Origin: an uncultured Actinomycetes bacterium
GTDB taxonomy: Bacteria > Actinomycetota > Thermoleophilia > Gaiellales > JAICJC01
Reading direction: 5' to 3'
Length of the DNA stretch: 64,000 nt
Assembly: GCA_963720885.1 (NCBI GenBank)
Contig: CAVRGW010000004.1
Span: 18,674 to 82,673 of the forward strand
The notes beneath the pieces are model-generated. The model made no database searches. It saw only the letters and a list, made by a program, of their open reading frames with translations, and had not been told where the DNA came from. Positions 9,598 through 17,246 of this stretch are shown piece by piece (position 1 is the stretch's first letter; the number at the start of each line of letters is the position of its first letter). A program made the translations under genes and the position numbers.

Positions 9598-11034
9598 GTG
9601 GCGATAGTGGCGACACCCACCGGCGCATTCATCGGCGGCCAATGGGTCGACGGGGACGGCGAGCGGATCGACGTCCACAGCCCGTCGACCGGCGAGCTCG
9701 TGGGATCCGTGCAGGCGTCGACGCCCGCGCAGGTCGACGCCGCCGTCGCCGCGGCCAAGGCCGCATTCCCCGCCTGGCGCGCCACCTCGGTGCTGGAGCG
9801 GGTCGAGATCTGCCGCCGCGCGTTCGACATGTGCATGGAGCGCAACGAGGAGATCGCCCGGATGATCTCGATGGAGGTCGGCAAGACCATCCGCGAGTCG
9901 CGGGAGGAGATGGAGGAGTTCACGGTCGACCACTTCCGGCGGGCGTCCGAGGACGTGCTGCGGCACACCGGCGCCGTCCACCCGTCGACCCAGGAGCGGA
10001 CGACGAACAAGCGGATCCTGGTCGTCCAGGAGCCGATCGGCGTAATCGCCGCGGTCAGCCCGTGGAACTTCCCGGTGGATATCGCAGGCATCCCGATCGT
10101 GTACGGCCTGGCCCTCGGCTGCACCGTCGTCTGGAAGCCCTCCGAGTACGCGCCGCTGTGCGCCCAGATGTTCACGCAGCTGCTCTCCGACGCCGGCTTC
10201 CCGCCGGGAACGATCAACGTCGTGCACGGCCGCGGCGAGACCGGCGCCCAGGTCGTACGCCATCCGGACGTCGCCTCGATCGTGTTCACCGGCTCCGTCG
10301 AGACCGGCGAGAAGGTCGCCCGCGACGCCGGCCTCAAGAACCGGGTGCTCGAGCTGGGCGGCAACGGCCCACAGATCGTGCTGGCCGACGGCGATCTCGA
10401 GAAGGCCGCGGATGCCGCCATCGTCGGCTGCTTCTACCTCGCCGGCCAGTGCTGCACGGCGGCCGAGCGGATCCTCGTCCACTCGTCGGTCAAGGACCGG
10501 TTCGTCGAGCTGCTGGTCGAGCGGGCGCGGGGCCTGAAGGTGGGCGATCCGCTGGACGACGGCACGGACATGGGCCCGCTGTGCACGCCGGCCGTGCTGG
10601 AGCGGACGAAGCAGCACGTCGCCGACGCGGTCGACAAGGGCGCCACCGTCGTTCTCGGCGGGGGCAGCGACGGCCAGTTCCACGAGCCGACGGTGATCGA
10701 CGGCGTCACCAGCGCGATGCGGATCGCGCAGGAGGAGACGTTCGGCCCGGTCGCGCCGATCATGGCGTTCGAGACGCTGGACGAGGCGCTGGCCATCGCC
10801 AATGAGACGGAGTACGGGCTGACCGCATCCGTCTTCACCCGCTCGCTGCACGACGCGTGGAGGGCGGCGGAGGCGCTGCAGCACGGGACGGTCCACATCA
10901 ACGAGACCACGAACTACTGGGATCAGCTGGCGCCGTTCGGCGGCGCCAAGAAGTCGGGGTCGGGCCGCGAGCTGGCCGCGTGGATCATCGACGCCCTGAC
11001 CGAGACCAAGCAGATCACGTTCGATCTTGGCTAG
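9598..11034 (+). CDS. NAD(P)-dependent aldehyde dehydrogenase
   Basis: SPWNFP, KPSE, FTGS, LELGG, GQCCTA, EETFGP, PFGG.K.SG.GRE. Confidence 0.92.
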   Translation: MAIVATPTGAFIGGQWVDGDGERIDVHSPSTGELVGSVQASTPAQVDAAVAAAKAAFPAWRATSVLERVEICRRAFDMCMERNEEIARMISMEVGKTIRESREEMEEFTVDHFRRASEDVLRHTGAVHPSTQERTTNKRILVVQEPIGVIAAVSPWNFPVDIAGIPIVYGLALGCTVVWKPSEYAPLCAQMFTQLLSDAGFPPGTINVVHGRGETGAQVVRHPDVASIVFTGSVETGEKVARDAGLKNRVLELGGNGPQIVLADGDLEKAADAAIVGCFYLAGQCCTAAERILVHSSVKDRFVELLVERARGLKVGDPLDDGTDMGPLCTPAVLERTKQHVADAVDKGATVVLGGGSDGQFHEPTVIDGVTSAMRIAQEETFGPVAPIMAFETLDEALAIANETEYGLTASVFTRSLHDAWRAAEALQHGTVHINETTNYWDQLAPFGGAKKSGSGRELAAWIIDALTETKQITFDLG

Positions 11035-11326
11035 CTGTCCTGCCCACAGAGGTTGTGAATGCGGCTTTGGGGTGGTCGGTCGCCGAGGCTGCTGTGGGGC
11101 CGCTTGCGGTTGTAGTAGCGGATGAAGGATTGCAGGCTGCGGTTTCGGGTGGTTGAGTCGGGCCAGGTGTGGGCGTAGGCCGATTCGTCTTGGAGGGTGC
11201 GGATGAAGCGTTCGGCTTTGCCGTTCCAGCGGGGTGTGAAGGGTGGCGGGGTGATGTGGGTGGCGCCGATCCTGGTGAGCAGTGCGTGGAAGCGGCGGCT
11301 CTTGGTGTAGACCATGGCGTTGTCGG
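11031..11326 (-). pseudogene. IS481 transposase, C-terminal fragment
   Basis: (D)NAMVY..PFTPRWNGKAERFIRTL..YYNRKRPHSSLG, the integrase-core C-terminus. Confidence 0.9.
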
Positions 11327-11344
11327 GGCATGAAACTGCGTTGC

Positions 11345-11520
11345 GAGAGCCGTGGCCGCGGCGGGTCGTAGGATGGCCTGCCGGGGATTAGGGGCTCTTG
11401 GAGGAGCAGGATGGGTAGGCCGTGCTAACCGATGGGCTGCGAGCCCGGCGTTGTTCGTGGCCGCCCCTGCGACCCGCCCGGGTGTGCCGAGAGCACGGAT
11501 CCGTCCTTGTCGCTTTGCCC
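11345..11520 (+). ncRNA. Predicted bridge RNA of the IS110 element (boundaries approximate)
   Basis: Two stem/internal-loop/hairpin units at 11418-11462 and 11469-11513. Their loop strands match the target site and the donor junction. Confidence 0.7.
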
Positions 11521-11557
11521 ACCGTCTCCTCCGTGATCTCGACGAAGGGAGTGGTAC

Positions 11558-12892
11558 GTGGCGTTCTATGGCTTAGACGTGCATCGCGATCAGTGCGAGA
11601 TCGCGATTGCTGATCCGGATGGCGTGCGGTCTGTGGGTCGGATCGACACCAGGGTGGGTGCCGTGCGGCGCTTCGCTGAGGGACTCGGTCGTCAGGACTG
11701 GGTCGCGCTCGAGGCGACGGCTGGGGCAGATGCAATCGTGCGTCTGCTTGAGCCTCATGTCGATCGGGTGGTGGTCGTCAACACGCGTCGCCTGGATGCA
11801 ATCAGCGGCGCGAAGGTCAAGACCGACCGCCGAGATGCGCAGACGCTGGCGCGACTCTTAGCGGCTGGCCTGCTCGAGCCGGTTTGGACACCCGATGAGT
11901 CGGCTCGCGCATTGCGGCGGGTAGTGGCTCGTCGCGGAGCACTCGTTCGAGCGCGGACACGTGCCAAGAACGAAGCGCACGCGGTGCTGGCTCGTAATCT
12001 CTGCCCCCGCCCCGAGGTGACCGATGTCTTTGGTCGGGCTGGTCGGCGCTGGCTGGCAAACCTCGAGCTGCCATTCGATGAGCGGCTCACGCTGGACGGC
12101 TGCCTTCACCAGGTCGACTTCCTCCACCAGCAGATTGTCGAGTTGGATCGGATCGTGGCCGAGCGGTCGCTGGCCTCCGCGGAGATCCGCCGGCTGATCA
12201 CTGTGCCTGGCGTTAATGCCACCACCGCTGCGACCTTCATGGCCTGGATCGGCGACATTCGCCGTTTCCCATCTGCGCGGCACCTGGTGGGGTATCTCGG
12301 CCTCGATCCCCGCATCCGTCAATCAGGTGCGACACCAGCGCGGTATGGACACATCTCCAAGCAAGGCGCCTCGGAGGTCCGCCACGTGCTCGGCGAGGCG
12401 GTCTGGTCGGTAGTCGCGACGCCCGGCCCGCTGCGCGCCTTCTACCAGCGCATCCGGGCGCGGCGCGGCCCCCAGATCGCTGCCACAGCGACCGCACGCA
12501 AGCTCGCGGCGCTCTTCTGGCACCTGCTCATCCGCGGTGAGGACTACGCCTTCCAGCGGCCAGCCATGACCCGCCACAAGCTGCGACGGCTCGAGCTCAC
12601 AACCGGCGCCGCCCCACGCAAGGGACAAAAAGGCATCGCCGGCGGGAAATCCGAAGCCGTCTGGGCAGCGGAGCGTCAGCTCAGCCAGCAAGCAGAAGCC
12701 GCCTACAGCCGACTCGTCACCGATTGGCAGCCCAGTCAGCCAGCCAACACGGGTGCGGGCGCGACACAGGGGCGCGCATCCATCAGGCCCTCGAAGGGCA
12801 AAGCCGCGCGGCAGGCTGACAGCCCCAAACACCTGCACTTCGCTCCGTCAGTCACCCGCACCCAGGAGGCAGTCTCCCACGAACCGACTTGA
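11558..12892 (+). CDS. IS110-family DEDD recombinase/transposase, apparently intact
   Basis: GLDVHRD, VALEAT, KTDRRDA (DEDD), TVPGV, GYLGLDP..RQSG (catalytic Ser), ISKQG, ATARKL. RBS GAAGGGAG. Confidence 0.95.
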   Translation: MAFYGLDVHRDQCEIAIADPDGVRSVGRIDTRVGAVRRFAEGLGRQDWVALEATAGADAIVRLLEPHVDRVVVVNTRRLDAISGAKVKTDRRDAQTLARLLAAGLLEPVWTPDESARALRRVVARRGALVRARTRAKNEAHAVLARNLCPRPEVTDVFGRAGRRWLANLELPFDERLTLDGCLHQVDFLHQQIVELDRIVAERSLASAEIRRLITVPGVNATTAATFMAWIGDIRRFPSARHLVGYLGLDPRIRQSGATPARYGHISKQGASEVRHVLGEAVWSVVATPGPLRAFYQRIRARRGPQIAATATARKLAALFWHLLIRGEDYAFQRPAMTRHKLRRLELTTGAAPRKGQKGIAGGKSEAVWAAERQLSQQAEAAYSRLVTDWQPSQPANTGAGATQGRASIRPSKGKAARQADSPKHLHFAPSVTRTQEAVSHEPT

Positions 12893-12901
12893 CTTTCATC
12901 C

Positions 12902-13570
12902 GTCGGTCATCACGGCGTCGGGTGGGTCGAGGCCGAGCTGCGCATAGAAGCTGAGTGCGCGGACGAGGCAGTCGTGGTTGGTGTGTTGGTCCTCGCGGGG
13001 GTGGACTTCGGCGTAGGCAACGCGTGAGTGGTCGTCGATCACGATGTGGACGTAGTCCCAGCCGACGCGGCGGCTGCGCTTGTGTCGATCACCGGTCACG
13101 CGATGGCCAGGCTGGGTGTAGCGCGCCAACCGTTTGACGTCCATGTGCAAGAGCGCTCCCGGGCGTGACCACTCATAGCGGCGATAGGTCTGCCGCTCGC
13201 CGCGGCGACGCCGAGACACGCCATGGCGGTTGAGCACCTTCCAGATCGTTGAGCGCGGCTGGCGGACGATCCCCGCTAAGCGTCCCGGCCCCAGATTCGT
13301 CTCCCGCCGGGCCCGTAAGATCCGCTCTTCCAGCTCACCAGACAGCTGCCGCGGCGAGTGGCGCGGCCTGCTCGACCGGTCAGCCAAGCAGGCGAGCGAG
13401 CTTCGCTCTGGCTCGCTCGCCTGCCGCCAACGCTGCCACCACCGATACGCCGTCGCCGGCGACACACCACACCGCGCCGCCGCCACCCGAAACGACGCGC
13501 CCTGCTCAACCTCCCGCACCAACGCGAGCCGCCCAGCCAATCCGAGCTTGGCGTTAGCGTGCACAATCAT
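12902..13570 (-). pseudogene. IS481 transposase, N-terminal fragment
   Basis: HANAKL, DRSSRP..SP, RRYEWSRPGALLHMDVKRL, IDDHSR, ends at AVMTD. Confidence 0.92.
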
Positions 13571-13675
13571 CCGGGCCTCCCAATAGCCGTGGTCTTCGAC
13601 ACCCACAGCCTCCTGGGAGGCCCGGACGAACCCCGCCTACCCGTTCACAACGTCCGTAGGCAGCTCAGCTAGCTG

Positions 13676-14137
13676 CTACTGCGTCCAGACCAGGCACGGC
13701 GCGTTCCGGCTGACCCGCCGGGCGGCGCGGCGGTGGCGCCAGCGCCCGTACCTCGACGGATCGGGGCCGAACACCAGCAGCCCGACCTGGTGGTCGCGAG
13801 CGACCTCCATCGCAGCCCGCTCCGGCCGCGGGCTGTGGAACAGGAACTGCTCCGCCCGGACGCCGGACTCGACCGCCTGACGGACGGCGGCGGTCGCGGA
13901 ATCGAGCGTGTCCGGGTCGCCGAACGACCGCGGACCACGCGCAGCCGGGTTCACGTTCAGCGGGATCCCGTCGCAGACCATCAGCTCGCTGCCGGCGTCG
14001 CTGGCGGCGTCGATCGCGAACCGCACTGCCTCCGGCGCGAACGGCACGTTGAACGTCAGCAGCATCACTGGCTTGCCCGTCGTTCCTTCGCCCGTGCCGG
14101 CGGCCGTGGGGTCGCGGACGATGGTCGGCGTGCTCAC
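13676..14137 (-). CDS. Universal-stress-protein-like protein (module copy 1)
   Basis: GTGA overlap with the upstream gene. USP-like C-terminus LLVFGPD...VSRNAPCLVW. Paralog of 16213-16698. Confidence 0.7.
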   Translation of the reverse strand: MSTPTIVRDPTAAGTGEGTTGKPVMLLTFNVPFAPEAVRFAIDAASDAGSELMVCDGIPLNVNPAARGPRSFGDPDTLDSATAAVRQAVESGVRAEQFLFHSPRPERAAMEVARDHQVGLLVFGPDPSRYGRWRHRRAARRVSRNAPCLVWTQ

Positions 14138-14493
14138 GAGGGCTCGCCCGGCTCGATCTGGACGACCGGCACCGAGCGCAGCAGCTCGGCCTGCCCGCGC
14201 TGGAACCGCGGCAGCACCACCCGCCACCAGAACAGCGCCAGCAGCGGCACGGACAGCGCCGGGCCCTTGATGCCAAAGAAGAGGTACGTGATCAGGCCGA
14301 TGCCGATTGCGAGCACGATGCCCATCCGGATGTAGAGCCGCTGGCGGTTCGCCATCCGCCGCAGGTCGATGTAGCTGTCGTTGGAGATCTGAGACGTGTC
14401 GTACCGGCGCCCGCAGACACAGGTGATCTGCTCGCCGAGCCGCGCCTCGGACGTGTGTCCGCACTCGCAGCGAACGGTCAGGGGAACGCTCAT
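14134..14493 (-). CDS. Small Zn-ribbon-like two-TM membrane protein (module copy 1)
   Basis: CEC-x13-CVC-GRRYDTSQI followed by two hydrophobic segments. Paralog of 16695-17060. Confidence 0.72.
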   Translation of the reverse strand: MSVPLTVRCECGHTSEARLGEQITCVCGRRYDTSQISNDSYIDLRRMANRQRLYIRMGIVLAIGIGLITYLFFGIKGPALSVPLLALFWWRVVLPRFQRGQAELLRSVPVVQIEPGEPS

Positions 14494-14533
14494 TCTGGGC
14501 CAAGCATAGATGTGGGTGGAATCCCCCAGAGCA

Positions 14534-14562
14534 TTGACTCCGACCGGGACGCTCCTTAGAGT
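14534..14562 (+). promoter_or_regulatory. Sigma70-type promoter of the APC permease
   Basis: TTGACT-N17-TAGAGT. The -10 is overlapped by the inverted repeat GGGACG..CGTCCC. Confidence 0.6.
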
Positions 14563-14618
14563 CGTCCCTCTTTCCATCTTCTTCCGCCGGGCTCCAACGC
14601 CCCGAGAGGAGGTCTTCC

Positions 14619-16193
14619 ATGGCTGAAGTCGCAGTTGACGAACGACGCCTTCTGAAGACGATCAGGTGGTACGACGGGTTCGTCATCGGCCTCGCCAACC
14701 CGGGGTTCCTCCTGGTCGGTCTCGCCTACTCGGTGACCGCACTGGGTGCGAAGGTCGCCGCCATCGTCTGGTTCATCTCGGCGTGCATCGGCGCGCTTCA
14801 GGCGTACATCTACGCCGAGCCGGCGGCCATGTTCCCGGACAAGCCGGGTGGCCTGTCCGTGTACGCCCGCGAGGGCTGGCGACGGTACTTCTCGCTGGCC
14901 GGCCCGATCGCGGTGTTCGGGTACTGGTTCGCCTGGTCGAGCGTGCTCGCCGTGTACGGCGGGTTCATCGGCCTGCTGATCACTGCGGAGTTCTTCGATG
15001 CGGACTCGAGCTTCGCGACGATGAGCGACACCATCCCGATCCTCGGCTGGGACATCACCGGGCCGCGGATCATCGGTCTGATCTGCATAATGGCCTGCTA
15101 CATCTTCAACGTCCGCGGCATGCGGCCGGCCGTCTGGTTCAGCTACGTGGTCGGCGCGCTGATGCTGCTCCCGGTGGCGACGATCGCCTTCGGCGCCTTC
15201 ATCACCGGCTCGTTCAATAACTTCGCCGTCGGCAGCAACAACATCGACGCCACGAACGTCGCCTACGGCTACGGCACCAGCACGTTCGACTCGTTCGCGC
15301 TGATCATGGTCTGGCTGTACATCATCGGCTGGTCGACCTACGGCCCGGAGGCGCCTGCGACCTTCGCGCCGGAGTTCGTTGACACCAAGAACGACACCCG
15401 GATCGCCATCGCGACGACCGGTGGTCTGAACGTCGTCCTGTCGCTGCTGCTGCCGATCGCCGTGGTCGGCACCGTCGGCATCAGCGTCGTCTCCGGCGAC
15501 CTGTCCGGCGTCGTGTACTTGGTGGACGTGCTGAAGACGATCACCAACGACACGATCGGCGGGTTCCTGGTCGTCTGCCTGTGCGGCGGCCTGCTGCTGT
15601 CGATGAACACGGCGACGATGGATGGCTCGCGCGCCCTCTACGCGCTGGCCAAGGAGAAGATGACGATCAAGCAGCTGGGCACCCTGAACACGCACCACGT
15701 GCCCGCCAGGGCGATGACGCTCGACCTGCTGATGAACATCTTCCTGCTGATGGCCTTCCCGAGCATCTTCTTCGTGCTCGCGGCGGGCAACCTCGGCTAC
15801 ATGCTCTCGCACGTGCTCGCCCTGTCGGGTTTCCTGCTCCTGCGCAAGGACCGGCCGACCTGGCCGCGCCCGCTCAAGCTGGGGCCGATCTGGGTGGCGC
15901 TGGCAGGCATCTTCTGCGTGGCGAACCTGCTGTTCATCATCTTCGGCGTCGCGCGCCTGAAGGAGACCGGGTACGCGTTCAACGACGCGTTCACCGACCC
16001 GACGGCGTACCTGAACCGGATCATCATCGTCGGCGTCGCCGCACTGGCGGCCGGCGTGCTCGGCTACATCATCGCCCAGCGCCAGCACGGCAAGCCGTTC
16101 AGCTGGCGTGACCCGAGCGACGAGGGACCGTCGCCCGAGGTCTACGAGCTGATGGGCACGCCGCAGCCCAGCGCCGCGGCGGTCGGCGACTGA
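14619..16193 (+). CDS. APC-superfamily amino acid/amine permease (module copy 1)
   Basis: About 12 hydrophobic segments. YAEPAAMFP..PGG, YGPE..ATFAPE, DGSRALY, RPLKL. GAGGAGG RBS. Confidence 0.9.
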   Translation: MAEVAVDERRLLKTIRWYDGFVIGLANPGFLLVGLAYSVTALGAKVAAIVWFISACIGALQAYIYAEPAAMFPDKPGGLSVYAREGWRRYFSLAGPIAVFGYWFAWSSVLAVYGGFIGLLITAEFFDADSSFATMSDTIPILGWDITGPRIIGLICIMACYIFNVRGMRPAVWFSYVVGALMLLPVATIAFGAFITGSFNNFAVGSNNIDATNVAYGYGTSTFDSFALIMVWLYIIGWSTYGPEAPATFAPEFVDTKNDTRIAIATTGGLNVVLSLLLPIAVVGTVGISVVSGDLSGVVYLVDVLKTITNDTIGGFLVVCLCGGLLLSMNTATMDGSRALYALAKEKMTIKQLGTLNTHHVPARAMTLDLLMNIFLLMAFPSIFFVLAAGNLGYMLSHVLALSGFLLLRKDRPTWPRPLKLGPIWVALAGIFCVANLLFIIFGVARLKETGYAFNDAFTDPTAYLNRIIIVGVAALAAGVLGYIIAQRQHGKPFSWRDPSDEGPSPEVYELMGTPQPSAAAVGD

Positions 16194-16212
16194 TCCCGCA
16201 GCGGGCGGGGGC

Positions 16213-16698
16213 CTACGGGCCCTCGCCCGCCACCCACAACAGGCACGAGCAGCGCTTGCGGATGCGCTTGACCGCCTTGCGGAAGGTGCGCGGGCGCAGC
16301 CGGGCCGGATCGGGCCCGATCACCAGCAGCCCGGCGTCGCGCTCGCCCGCCACCTCGAGCAGCGCCTCGACCGGGCGCGGGCTGCGCACCCGGAGGTGCT
16401 CGACGTCGATGCCGAGCGCGGCGGTCTGCGCGACCAGCCGGCGGATCGCCTCGCGGTCCGAGTCCTCCTCCAGCTCCGCGTAGCGCATCGCCATCGACTG
16501 GGGCCAGAGCGGCATCTCGACGGCATCCACGACGATCAGCTTGACGCTGCCTTCCATCGCCGCCTGGATTGCGATCCGCGCGGCCTCGGCCTCGAAAGGC
16601 ACCGCCAGCGTGGCGAGCACGACCGGGCGGTGGCGGCTGCCGTCCGCGACGAAAGGGGCGTCGGGGACGCGGCTTCGCGACCGTAGGCTGGGGCTCAC
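16213..16698 (-). CDS. Universal-stress-protein-like protein (module copy 2)
   Basis: PVVLATLAVPF, SPRP, LLVIGPDP, CSCLLW. GTGA overlap with the upstream gene. Confidence 0.7.
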   Translation of the reverse strand: MSPSLRSRSRVPDAPFVADGSRHRPVVLATLAVPFEAEAARIAIQAAMEGSVKLIVVDAVEMPLWPQSMAMRYAELEEDSDREAIRRLVAQTAALGIDVEHLRVRSPRPVEALLEVAGERDAGLLVIGPDPARLRPRTFRKAVKRIRKRCSCLLWVAGEGP

Positions 16699-17060
16699 TC
16701 CGCCTCCGCCTCGAGATGCCAGGTGCGTGTCAGCCGGGCAACGGCTCGCTTGTGCCGCCGGTGGACGATCGGCTTGATGTACAGGAACCACGAGAGCATC
16801 GCGACGGCGAGGCCGGCGAAGATCGGGAGCAGCTGGCGCGTCAAGGCGACCGCGAGCACGGCGAGCGCGAGCACGACCATCACACCCCAGCCACCCAGCC
16901 GGTAGCGCCGGTCGAGCGACGCGATCTCGTCGTAGTCCTCGGCCGGGATCTGCGACAGGTCGTACACCCGCCCGCAGCTCGCGCACGTCCACCGCTCGCC
17001 ATAGCGGGCCCGCCCGTCCGCGCCGCAGTCGCAGCGGAGCGTAATCGTCGGCTGTTTCAT
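16695..17060 (-). CDS. Small Zn-ribbon-like two-TM membrane protein (module copy 2)
   Basis: CDC-x13-CASC-GRVYDLSQI, two TM segments, basic tail. Start may be 17078. Confidence 0.72.
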   Translation of the reverse strand: MKQPTITLRCDCGADGRARYGERWTCASCGRVYDLSQIPAEDYDEIASLDRRYRLGGWGVMVVLALAVLAVALTRQLLPIFAGLAVAMLSWFLYIKPIVHRRHKRAVARLTRTWHLEAEAE

Positions 17061-17246
17061 CGCCCTATCTTCACTCATTCCGGCCTCCGCCCGCAAGGAG
17101 GCGACCCACGGGGTGGTGACGGCATGTGCGAATCGTCGCCCGGTGGGTGAGCGGGGTGGAGGAATCGGGGGTTGACGCTCCAATCTGTATGGGGTTTCAT
17201 CCCCATTTTCCCACTCCGGAATCTTCCGGTCTCAACGGAGGGTGCA

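Larger units (their letters stand above)
11327..12906 (+). mobile_element. IS110-family insertion sequence (1580 bp; ends ambiguous within the shared GTCGG)
   Basis: GTCGG occurs at both junctions (11322-11326, 12902-12906). Removing the element restores the IS481 reading frame (AVMTD|NAMVY). Short subterminal IR ATGAAA/TTTCAT. Confidence 0.92.
11036..13667 (-). mobile_element. IS481-family insertion sequence, interrupted by an IS110 element
   Basis: 6-bp direct repeats GCTAGC (11030-11035, 13668-13673). Imperfect terminal IRs TGTCCTGCCCACAGAGGTTGTGAA / TTCACAACGTCCGTAGGCAGCTCA. Length is 1052 bp once the 1580-bp insert is removed. Confidence 0.92.

Noticed and set aside
11352-11576. 74-aa ORF in the IS110 left end
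   Set aside because: No RBS or protein features. The region is better explained as structured RNA.
11031-13606. Two independent IS481 remnants
   Set aside because: The fragments join in frame and share one pair of terminal IRs and one target duplication.
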